Positions 19,278 through 26,966 of a stretch of DNA of 64,000 bases are shown one piece after another. The notes beneath the pieces are model-generated. The model did not search any database and was not told the origin of the DNA. It was given only the letters and a program-made list of their open reading frames with translations. The stretch lies in NCBI GenBank assembly GCA_965228125.1, contig OZ245791.1, positions 257,596 to 321,595 of the forward strand, read 5' to 3'. The DNA is from Victivallales bacterium. Its GTDB lineage: Bacteria > Verrucomicrobiota > Lentisphaeria > Victivallales > GWF2-38-69. Position numbers and translations under genes: made by a program. How positions within the stretch are numbered: the first letter of the stretch is position 1; every line of letters starts with the position of its first letter.

Positions 19278-20486
19278 ATGTTTATTCATAGAAAATTATA
19301 TTGGGAAAAGATTAAGAGTTTTATTGATAAGCCTGTGGTAAAAGTTATTACAGGTATGCGCAGGGTTGGTAAAAGTTATTTTCTTAAACAAATAATAGAA
19401 GAGCTGAAATCTGATGAAGTTTCTCTTGAACAGATTATTTATATAGACAAGGAGAATATTGAATTTGACTTTATAAAAAACTACACTGACTTGTATGATT
19501 ATATAAAAAGTAAACTTATTATCAGTAAGGCTAAAAAATATCTTTTCATAGATGAAATCCAAGAAATTGAAAATTGGGAGAAAACAATTGCTTCTCTACA
19601 TAAGACAGGAGAAGCTGATATTTATATAACAGGCAGTAATGCACACTTGCTGTCTTCAGAAATTTCAACATTGATTTCAGGTAGATATATTGACCTGCAA
19701 ATATATCCTCTAAGCTATTCAGAGTACGTGTTTTTTAGAGGAGATAATTTTACTGAACATAAATCCGAATTTGAAACATATTTGAAATACGGAGGGCTTC
19801 CCGGACTTTTTCACTTTGAAAGAACTGATGAAGTTATTTATCAGTATCTTTCTTCTATATTCAATACGATCTTATTAAAAGACATTGTAAAAAGATATAA
19901 TGTGAGAAATGTTTCGCTTCTTGAAAAGATATCGGGTTTTCTATTTGATAATATCGGCAATCTCCTTACTGCAAATAATATATCAAAATATTTAAAATCA
20001 CAAAGAATCCAATCATATTCAGATACAGTCCAGATTTATTTAGATTATTTTACCTCAACTTTCATCACTCATAAAGTTTCAAGGTTCGATTTAAAAGGAA
20101 AAAGATTTCTATCTATAAATGAAAAGTATTACTTAAATGATCTTGGCATACGCCATTCCATCATTGGATACAGAAATGGCGACATTTCACAACTACTTGA
20201 AAATATAGTTTACCTCGAACTTATTAGACGAGGATACACGGTAAGTGTAGGCGTACTTGGTAACAGTGAAATTGATTTTATTGCAACAAATCAGAAAGAG
20301 AAAATTTATATTCAAGTTTCTTACCTTTTGAGCTCAGAACAGACAATTCAAAGAGAATTTACTCCATTACTCGATATAGAGGATAATTATCCAAAATACG
20401 TATTAAGTATGGACGAGAACATCTGGGGAAATGATTATAAAGGAATTAAGAGATTAAATATTATTGATTTCCTTTTGCAAGAATAA
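19278..20486 (+). CDS. AAA+ ATPase with DUF4143 (COG1373 family)
   Basis: 402 aa. P-loop-like ITGMRRVGKSYFL and Walker B YLFIDEIQ. The C-terminal region is typical of AAA_14/DUF4143 proteins. Confidence 0.8.
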   Translation: MFIHRKLYWEKIKSFIDKPVVKVITGMRRVGKSYFLKQIIEELKSDEVSLEQIIYIDKENIEFDFIKNYTDLYDYIKSKLIISKAKKYLFIDEIQEIENWEKTIASLHKTGEADIYITGSNAHLLSSEISTLISGRYIDLQIYPLSYSEYVFFRGDNFTEHKSEFETYLKYGGLPGLFHFERTDEVIYQYLSSIFNTILLKDIVKRYNVRNVSLLEKISGFLFDNIGNLLTANNISKYLKSQRIQSYSDTVQIYLDYFTSTFITHKVSRFDLKGKRFLSINEKYYLNDLGIRHSIIGYRNGDISQLLENIVYLELIRRGYTVSVGVLGNSEIDFIATNQKEKIYIQVSYLLSSEQTIQREFTPLLDIEDNYPKYVLSMDENIWGNDYKGIKRLNIIDFLLQE

Positions 20487-20509
20487 TAATAACTTCTCAA
20501 GGGGGAAAA

Positions 20510-20560
20510 TGGTGGGCATAACAGAACTCGAATCTGTGACCTCTACGATGTCAACGTAGC
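20510..20560 (-). tRNA. Truncated tRNA-Val(GAC): 3' fragment only (position 26, anticodon arm, variable loop, T-arm, acceptor 3' strand, CCA), probable att-site remnant
   Basis: The minus strand reads G CTACG-TTGACAT-CGTAG AGGTC ACAGA-TTCGAGT-TCTGT TATGCCC A CCA. No D-arm and no matching 5' acceptor strand (GGGCATA) lie upstream, so it is not a complete gene. Confidence 0.75.
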
Positions 20561-20584
20561 GTAACAGGCACATATTATTAAAAA

Positions 20585-20605
20585 ACTTACCCTTAACTTA
20601 CCCTT
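20585..20605 (+). repeat. Tandem direct repeat ACTTACCCTT-A-ACTTACCCTT (candidate integrase arm-type sites)
   Basis: Read directly, between the tRNA fragment and the integrase gene. Confidence 0.5.
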
Positions 20606-20681
20606 TTGATTGAAATGGTTCTTCATTGCTGTAAAATAATCGACAAATGATGACACTACTGTAAAGAGAGGAAAATAACAT

Positions 20682-21875
20682 ATGGCCAGACTAAAGGGAC
20701 AAGGAACAATATACCAAGATAAAAAAACTGATATTTTCTACCTTAGAATCAGAATTAATGGTAAGCAAATTGTTAAAAGTTTAAAGACTAAAAAAGAGAA
20801 GCAGGCACTTAAAAATGCTGCGGACTTTCGAAGAGATAATCAAAATATAATAAATGCTCAAACTAAAGAAGAACTAGCCGTCCAAATACAGAAAGCCAGA
20901 ACTGAACTGACTGCAAGTAAGGGTATTCTGATTGATGATGGATATAATTTTTTCCATGAAAGCCCTGCCAGGAAACAAAATACTGCTGAGGGCACACTAA
21001 AAAATTATGAAAGGATTTATAACTTATTTATATCATGGCTAAGACCAAACTATCCCAATATTACCAAAGTAGAAATAATTAATAAAGAAATCGCTCATGA
21101 ATACGCCCAGTATTTATGGAGTTCTTACCGGACATATAAAGGCCAGCAGATGTCTGAGAACACATATAATTATCATATCGGGGCCTTGCAGACAATATTC
21201 GATATTCTCACTGAAAATAAGAATCCCTGGAAGTCCATAGAAAGAAAAGATGAAAACAAGAAAAAACATAAACTTTTATCAAAAGATGAAATACGCAGTA
21301 TTCAACAGGTTTTCGCTGATGAAGGGTTTTATCTGTTGCATAAAGATGAAATGGAGATTCTAATTAATCTTGGAATATATACAGGCCTTAGGCTGATTGA
21401 CTGCATACACTTAAAATTTGAAAATATTAATAGTGTCATAAAAACGGTTCCATTTAAAACAAAAGGATTTAAAAAGACTGTTACTATCCCAATTTCTTCT
21501 CAACTCGAATCTAAGATCAGTGGGATAGAGAAAAAGGATGACAGCCCTTACCTATTGCCCCAAATACAGGAGAGATATTCCAGAAACCCGGATGGTATTA
21601 AAAACGATATAAAGAAAGTCTTTATCAAAGCAGGAATAAAGCCTGATCTTGAAGGACGACAAAACACACATTTAAAATATACAGACCAGGAAGACGAAAT
21701 TACTGGATTCCACTGCTTCAGGCATACGTTTATAACAGAATGCGTTAAGAATAACATGGATATTGTTCGTTTATCAACAATAACCGGAGATTCAATAAAA
21801 ACTCTCCAAAAGTATTATATTCATTTGAAGGATGATGTTATAAAAAAAGAGGCGGATAAGCTGCCTTGTTTTTGA
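20682..21875 (+). CDS. Tyrosine-type site-specific integrase
   Basis: 397 aa. Catalytic context GLRLID (Arg), HCFRHTF (HxxR) and LQKYYIHL (Tyr). Adjacent to the tRNA fragment. Confidence 0.9.
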   Translation: MARLKGQGTIYQDKKTDIFYLRIRINGKQIVKSLKTKKEKQALKNAADFRRDNQNIINAQTKEELAVQIQKARTELTASKGILIDDGYNFFHESPARKQNTAEGTLKNYERIYNLFISWLRPNYPNITKVEIINKEIAHEYAQYLWSSYRTYKGQQMSENTYNYHIGALQTIFDILTENKNPWKSIERKDENKKKHKLLSKDEIRSIQQVFADEGFYLLHKDEMEILINLGIYTGLRLIDCIHLKFENINSVIKTVPFKTKGFKKTVTIPISSQLESKISGIEKKDDSPYLLPQIQERYSRNPDGIKNDIKKVFIKAGIKPDLEGRQNTHLKYTDQEDEITGFHCFRHTFITECVKNNMDIVRLSTITGDSIKTLQKYYIHLKDDVIKKEADKLPCF

Positions 21876-21891
21876 CATGTTAAAAGGATTT

Positions 21892-21939
21892 GAGCCTGTA
21901 AATGAGCCTCTAAATGACACTGTAAATGAGCCCGTATAT
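21892..21939 (+). repeat. Four tandem imperfect 12-bp repeats (GAGCCTGTAAAT GAGCCTCTAAAT GACACTGTAAAT GAGCCCGTATAT)
   Basis: Read directly. Starts 17 nt after the integrase stop codon and is non-coding in all frames. Confidence 0.7.
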
Positions 21940-22012
21940 TTAGAATTACTACAGTGAATTAAACTTGAATCAACTTAGTAGCCGACAAAATGCATATTGG
22001 TGGCTTTTTTTC

Positions 22013-22065
22013 AGGATACATCCTAATATTTATCGTTTTATTTATTAAATCAGGATATATGCTTA
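22013..22065 (+). repeat. Copy B of the ~55-bp intergenic motif seen at 19196..19250
   Basis: Same block order as copy A. No plus-strand gene follows here; it abuts or overlaps the stop codon of abiEii. Confidence 0.6.
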
Positions 22066-22941
22066 TGAAGATTTAATATCAGATCTGATTTTTTGGATTA
22101 TCGGATTCAAAAAATGGCTAATATCATTTACAACTTCTAAAAAACTGTCAGGCATTTCAGGTGACGCTTGCTTATTTTTAAAGGCTTTCCACTGAACCTG
22201 CTTAAGCTTGGCAAATTCTTCAGAAAAAGCAGTTATCTTTTCTGGCAAAAAAGTTTCTCGTTTAGCGAAAGTAGAACTGATGGCTTTTGCAAGTTTATGG
22301 AGATCGAAAGCATATTGTCTGGATAATAGCCAAATATCATAAAAATCTTTCATTCGACTATTAATTTCTTTCATTTTAATCATGGTTTCAAATTTTTCAG
22401 CGATAGCACTTTCTCGACTGTAACATAGTAAAGATGGTGCTGGTGAATCCAATATACATGGCAATTCTTCCTTTTCAGGTTTCGGATATACTACATCCCC
22501 AAAACCAATATCTATCTGAATGTAAACTCTAGCTGTATCTAATGTCCCATTGAAACTTACTCTAATGCCCTCATAATCCGCATCTTCAGTAATTTTGTCT
22601 GTCGTTAAGGATTTTTTATCGTAATTCATTCCGTCAGGCTCAACTTGAATCGAAAGAACTTCTCTGATTATCGTGGAAATATTTGATTCATTATTGTCAG
22701 TCTTGCCAAGCATATCGATGTCCTTAGTAGGACGATATGTATCTGAATTCCATACTCTAAATAAAAGAGCACCCTTTAAAATAAACTTGTCAGAATATTT
22801 AGAAAGAGAAAATCTATATAGAAAACGTTCCATAGCATAATATTGAATCAGTTCATTAAAAGGACGATTTTCAATTCTGGCTTTATTAAGAAGTCTTTGT
22901 CTGATTGAAGCGGCGATATTAGTTGGATTTTTTTGGCTCAT
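22063..22941 (-). CDS. abiEii: AbiEii/AbiGii family nucleotidyltransferase toxin (type IV TA)
   Basis: 292 aa. N-terminus IAASIRQRLLNKARIENRPFNELIQYYAMERFLYR and KGALLF...PTKDIDMLG are hallmarks of DUF1814/AbiEii. Confidence 0.9.
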   Translation of the reverse strand: MSQKNPTNIAASIRQRLLNKARIENRPFNELIQYYAMERFLYRFSLSKYSDKFILKGALLFRVWNSDTYRPTKDIDMLGKTDNNESNISTIIREVLSIQVEPDGMNYDKKSLTTDKITEDADYEGIRVSFNGTLDTARVYIQIDIGFGDVVYPKPEKEELPCILDSPAPSLLCYSRESAIAEKFETMIKMKEINSRMKDFYDIWLLSRQYAFDLHKLAKAISSTFAKRETFLPEKITAFSEEFAKLKQVQWKAFKNKQASPEMPDSFLEVVNDISHFLNPIIQKIRSDIKSS

Positions 22942-23552
22942 ATTACTGCTTCAAGATAAGGTTTGACAATGTTTTCTATTCGGCATATCCTAGCATATTT
23001 AAGAAGCTTATCAACATCAAGCTTATTTCTTGACTTATAAAATTTGAGAGCTTCTATTGCTATGTCCATCCCTATTTTATTACGGAACTTAAAACAGTCC
23101 ATTATTGTCTTTTCAGGACAGTAAAAATTGACTTTTATGCCATCTATATTTTCCTGCTGAATACCCTGTGTAAAGCTATCTCTGGAAAATCTATGAACAG
23201 AGATAGGAGGATAATTAATTCGAGGAGTTTCGGCGCCTTTTGGAAGGGCAATAAATACCTTATGAGGAATCTGTGTTGTAATATTAAAATATGAAAGAGC
23301 TGATATCAGACAAAAAACTCCATTTGGGATTCTCATGGCAACAGTAAGAATATCAGGATTAGAGATCGGCTTACTCTTTGCTAGTCTAAATATTCCTCTG
23401 GAGATTTCTTCTACCACACCTTCATTACGCAGTTTATATATGGTTCTTGAATGTATTCCCGCATTAATGGCTTCTTTAGTCCTAATAATGCCATTATGCT
23501 GATTAATAATCCCTATGGCTTTAGTAGCTGCTGTTTCTTTTTTGCTGTTCAT
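22938..23552 (-). CDS. abiEi: AbiEi family antitoxin
   Basis: 204 aa. N-terminal wHTH (GIIRTKEAINAGIHSRTIYKLRNEGVVEEISRGIF). 4-nt ATGA overlap with abiEii. Confidence 0.85.
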   Translation of the reverse strand: MNSKKETAATKAIGIINQHNGIIRTKEAINAGIHSRTIYKLRNEGVVEEISRGIFRLAKSKPISNPDILTVAMRIPNGVFCLISALSYFNITTQIPHKVFIALPKGAETPRINYPPISVHRFSRDSFTQGIQQENIDGIKVNFYCPEKTIMDCFKFRNKIGMDIAIEALKFYKSRNKLDVDKLLKYARICRIENIVKPYLEAVI

Positions 23553-23561
23553 GGTTAAATA

Positions 23562-23589
23562 TACCTATACTTGTTTATATTTATAGGTA
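23562..23589. promoter_or_regulatory. Inverted repeat TACCTATA-N12-TATAGGTA upstream of abiEi (candidate autorepressor operator)
   Basis: Read directly, 10-37 nt upstream of the abiEi start. Confidence 0.4.
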
Positions 23590-23857
23590 ATATTATCCAT
23601 TTTTAATAAAACAACAATACCACTTTGTTAATTAAGAGGAAAGTTCCATTTTTCGGAAAAAAATAAAATAAATTTTTGAAGGATTAATTATGGGTGGGGC
23701 ATTGGGGATTTGGCAGCAACGTTTATTCGTGCGTATTTTCTTTGATAAATGAAAATTGCAGTCTAAGCTTCGTTAATCGGAGCTTTGTTTGCGAGCACTA
23801 ATCACTGTGATAAACAGTGGTAATAATCTGTTGCAACAAATGGGCAATCGAAATTAA

Positions 23858-23879
23858 AAATCCCTCATTAGAGGGATTT
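23858..23879 (-). terminator. Hairpin AAATCCCTC-ATTA-GAGGGATTT downstream of ardC
   Basis: 9-bp perfect stem 8 nt after the ardC stop, followed on the minus strand by a U-rich stretch. Confidence 0.55.
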
Positions 23880-23886
23880 AATATAC

Positions 23887-24822
23887 TCATCTGTTAAGAA
23901 TGTAGTTTACGGCTTTTTCGGCTTTCCCTGCAGCTATCAACAAAAGTTTGTTGTCGTTTTGAAGTCTTTCTAGCCATGATTTGATATATGCTGCATGGTT
24001 TTCTATATTTAATTTTTCTCCGGTTTCTGCCATTAAAAAGCTTGCTCCAAGTTCTGCGGTCAGCTCTTCTTTTGCATAGGTCTTAGATCCGAAAGCGAAA
24101 GACTGTCCCTCATCGTTAAATCTGTTTAGTCTACCCATGTGGCCAGTCGAATGAATTGCCTCGTGGCTAAGTGTTGAATAATAAGCATTTGCGCTTACAA
24201 ATGAATCTTTTGCTGGAATTCTGATAGTATCAAGGCTCGGGCTGTAGCATGGTGTTCCTTGTGCTGTTTCAATCTTCGGGCAGGTTTTATAATTCCTTAT
24301 TATTTCTTCTGCTGTGGGAATCTCTTTAAAATCATTTGAAACTGTCTTCGCCCTTTCAAGGTATTTTGCAGGGATATTATTAACATCGGTAATTTTGAAG
24401 ACATTGTAATATTTGAGGCAGAAAAGAACATCCTCTTCTTTTTCTCCGTCCTCTGCTACAACTTCTTTTACAAAAGGCTTCCAGAATACTACCGGAAAAC
24501 TCTTGGAACCTTTTTTTAAATTTGCACCTATGTCCTGGATTTGGTTAAAGGTTATGAAATATGGTGTATCAGATAATGACAATAAAAGTGGATTCAATCC
24601 CCTATAAATATGTCCTGTTATTAAGTTCTGAGGTCTGCACCCGTCAATAACCGGATTTTCCCATGCTATATGTCCTTTTTTTAATTGCTCTATGATTAAA
24701 TTTGTAACTTTCTCATAGATGTTAAATTTATTATTTATCTCTGACCTAGATTCTCTTGAGCCGGAAGTTGTCTTAATTTCCGAAGGGTTAAGGTTTTCGT
24801 TAAGGTTTTGGTTGTTGTTCAT
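23887..24822 (-). CDS. ardC: ArdC-like antirestriction protein (ssDNA-binding DUF1738 N-domain + zincin HExxH domain)
   Basis: 311 aa. ITGHIYRGLNPLLL...PYFITFNQ is the N-domain pattern. HEAIHSTGH and EELTAELGASFL are the metalloprotease domain. Confidence 0.85.
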   Translation of the reverse strand: MNNNQNLNENLNPSEIKTTSGSRESRSEINNKFNIYEKVTNLIIEQLKKGHIAWENPVIDGCRPQNLITGHIYRGLNPLLLSLSDTPYFITFNQIQDIGANLKKGSKSFPVVFWKPFVKEVVAEDGEKEEDVLFCLKYYNVFKITDVNNIPAKYLERAKTVSNDFKEIPTAEEIIRNYKTCPKIETAQGTPCYSPSLDTIRIPAKDSFVSANAYYSTLSHEAIHSTGHMGRLNRFNDEGQSFAFGSKTYAKEELTAELGASFLMAETGEKLNIENHAAYIKSWLERLQNDNKLLLIAAGKAEKAVNYILNR

Positions 24823-25473
24823 AATTGCGTCTCCTTTTTTTTATTAATCCCTTGACTGAGTTCCTGTCGCCGTTTTTGTTTTCGCCCTAAAACGCAGAAA
24901 CAGAGCAAGGGGGAGACTTCCCCCTTTTGCCCGTAAGCAAAAAGCAGAGCTTTAGCAAGACGAGTACAGAATGCACGCAGGTGAGGAGGTTCGAAGAAAA
25001 AGCGAGCAGAGACGACCGTCCCTTTTTGCAGGGCAAAGCTCAAGACAAGTCAGGCGAACAAAAATGGAAGATGGCAGGTATGAAGGCTTTACAAGGCATT
25101 AAAAGGAGAGCAATAATACCAAAACCAGAAAACCTTCCGAAGACAAATCACGCATTTATGCGTTAGCGCTGGAAGCCAATATAAAGCATATATCTCAAAG
25201 ATTCTTTTGGGTGAATATCCGCGCTCAACTTCAAAAACTCTTCTACAGTGTATCCAAACATCTCACATATGACAAGATTACATAGAGAAATTGCTTAGTT
25301 TGCAGGTTGGTTATGATTATTCCCTCAAGGACACCGTTGAACAGTGCCTTGTTACTTGGTTTCTGATTCCTTCAGTTTCTTCTCAGCCTTCTAGCGTTAA
25401 AGCTTTGAAGCCAAGTCTATTTTGGGGTACTGGATTACGGCTGGGTAGTCTTGTGCCGAGAGATAGTAAATAT

Positions 25474-25514
25474 TATATGGAATAGCTTATATCAGATCTA
25501 AGCTATTCCATATA
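25474..25514 (-). terminator. Perfect 16-bp inverted repeat (TATATGGAATAGCTTA / TAAGCTATTCCATATA, 9-nt loop) downstream of the C_GCAxxG_C_C gene
   Basis: Read directly. Ends 9 nt from the stop at 25523. AU-rich, so it could be a terminator or a protein-binding palindrome. Confidence 0.45.
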
Positions 25515-25522
25515 ATATCCTT

Positions 25523-25966
25523 TTAAAGATTATCTTTTTCATCAAGAATGCTTTCAAGCATTTTAACCGTATCTTTAATAATCGAAGTACAAACAATCTT
25601 ATGATTATTTTGTGATTCACCTTCAGCTTTTTTGGCGTATTTTATTAATAATTCTTTACATTCTGTAGTCCCATGTTTTTCTAGAAATTTATTTGCAAGT
25701 TCACGTACAGTATTATAAGAATCTAATTTTGTTTGTAAGTCATTAGGTTGAGTGTTGCCGTATTTTAAACCTATACTCATGAATGCACCAGTAAGAGCTC
25801 CACATGTCTTCCTTAGCCTTCCCATTCCTGCGCCAAAAGTTGAAGATATTTTCTTTGCTGTTTCTAAATCGCCGCCTAATTCTTCAGCAAATGCTATAAC
25901 AACTGATTGTGAACATGTATATCCTTCATTAAAGCATCTTTCGGCTTGTCCAATTTTATTCATCAT
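25523..25966 (-). CDS. C_GCAxxG_C_C family protein (paralogue 1)
   Basis: 147 aa. GYTCSQSV...KTCGALTGAFM is the family signature. It is a paralogue of 43514..43978. Confidence 0.85.
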   Translation of the reverse strand: MMNKIGQAERCFNEGYTCSQSVVIAFAEELGGDLETAKKISSTFGAGMGRLRKTCGALTGAFMSIGLKYGNTQPNDLQTKLDSYNTVRELANKFLEKHGTTECKELLIKYAKKAEGESQNNHKIVCTSIIKDTVKMLESILDEKDNL

Positions 25967-26042
25967 ATTTCCCTTTAACTTTAATTTATGAATACTAATT
26001 CTAAATATTCTCAGAATAGTTCTTTAATGTATTCACAATATC

Positions 26043-26052
26043 AGCATATGCT
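26043..26052. promoter_or_regulatory. Palindrome AGCATATGCT upstream of C_GCAxxG_C_C paralogue 1
   Basis: Read directly, 77 nt upstream of the start at 25966. The same 10-mer core recurs at 43460..43473. Confidence 0.45.
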
Positions 26053-26148
26053 ATTAATGAAGCTAGTAATAATTAGAATAAATAGTAAAGAAATTCCCTG
26101 AATAAAAGGAGGATTGCTCTGCCTCTATAAGAATAAAGATATACCTCT

Positions 26149-26943
26149 TTATAAGTTGATAGATACTCCGGCAGATAATGTTTCATTAGGAAAATGCTTC
26201 GCAAAAAATTCGATGACTGAAGATTCTACGCAATGGCATGGAAAAACTTTCTTAATATTATTTTCTTTTAGATAGTCTATTGTTTTCCTGGATGTATTAT
26301 CAATCTTTTTAAGATGAAAGCCACCTAAAACTGCGTAAATATTGTTAATATTAGTTATCCTTTTTGCATGCTCAATAGTATTACAAATACCTGAATGAGC
26401 GCAACCTGAGATGACTATTAATCCTTTTTGGGAAGTTATTGCTATTCCCGAATCATCAATTACAAAATCATCTCTATTTTCTTCTGATATAAATGGAGTT
26501 TCTTTGGATTCAAAAGAGTTAATTCTTGGTATTTCTCCTAAGAAAAAAACATCATCTGAAATCTTATATGATCTCTTAGAAAGAATTAGATCATAATTAG
26601 TTTCAATTTCTTCCTGAGAATACTTTAATCCAATATATGTATTGTCTCTTTTTCTATACCTTTTGATAAAACAGTCAGGATGGCACAAAAGTGATTTTCC
26701 TTTGATAAAGCCTAAACCATTCCCATGATCCCAGTGTCCATGACTTAAAACTAAGATATCAGCAGAACTTATATCTACTCCTAATATATCTGCATTTCTT
26801 AAAAAAAGATCAGAGGCCCCTGTATCAAATAAAATTTTTATATTAGAATCAGTTTGGATAAAGAGTGAAAGGCCGTGTTCGGCTATACATTTACCATTCG
26901 TTCGATTGTCAGTAAGAACAGTTATTTCCATTTTAACCTTCAA
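26149..26943 (-). CDS. MBL-fold metallo-hydrolase (COG1237-type)
   Basis: 264 aa with the LSHGHWDHGNG metal-binding motif. Confidence 0.8.
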   Translation of the reverse strand: MKVKMEITVLTDNRTNGKCIAEHGLSLFIQTDSNIKILFDTGASDLFLRNADILGVDISSADILVLSHGHWDHGNGLGFIKGKSLLCHPDCFIKRYRKRDNTYIGLKYSQEEIETNYDLILSKRSYKISDDVFFLGEIPRINSFESKETPFISEENRDDFVIDDSGIAITSQKGLIVISGCAHSGICNTIEHAKRITNINNIYAVLGGFHLKKIDNTSRKTIDYLKENNIKKVFPCHCVESSVIEFFAKHFPNETLSAGVSINL

Positions 26944-26966
26944 GTATAATTCTTTATATAAAATAT

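Larger units (their letters stand above)
15623..25522. mobile_element. Mobility/defence genomic island (possibly the left part of a larger integrated element)
   Basis: Visibly more AT-rich than the flanks. Contains a nuclease, two toxin-antitoxin pairs, a DUF4143 ATPase, a tRNA fragment, a tyrosine integrase and ArdC. It starts right after the last housekeeping gene. Confidence 0.55.

Noticed and set aside
20510-20600. A complete tRNA-Val gene
   Set aside because: Only the 3' two thirds fold. The sequence upstream of the anticodon stem (…AATAATATGTGCCTGTTAC) forms no D-arm and contains no GGGCATA to pair with the acceptor 3' strand. I report it as a fragment only.
24819-25166. ORFs 24819..25043(-) and 24927..25166(+) in the spacer upstream of ardC
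   Set aside because: Both use TTG starts and overlap each other on opposite strands. Their products are basic and low-complexity. I treat the region as non-coding (see the finding on 24823..25522).
25163-25300. Possible remnant of an XRE-type HTH gene on the minus strand (32-codon ORF MFGYTVEEFLKLSADIHPKESLRYMLYIGFQR; the upstream frame reads ...AISLCNLVICE...)
   Set aside because: The ...FGYTVEEFL segment resembles the end of an HTH_3 domain. However, the upstream sequence has in-frame stops, and its spacing does not fit a full HTH. The evidence is too weak to call a pseudogene.
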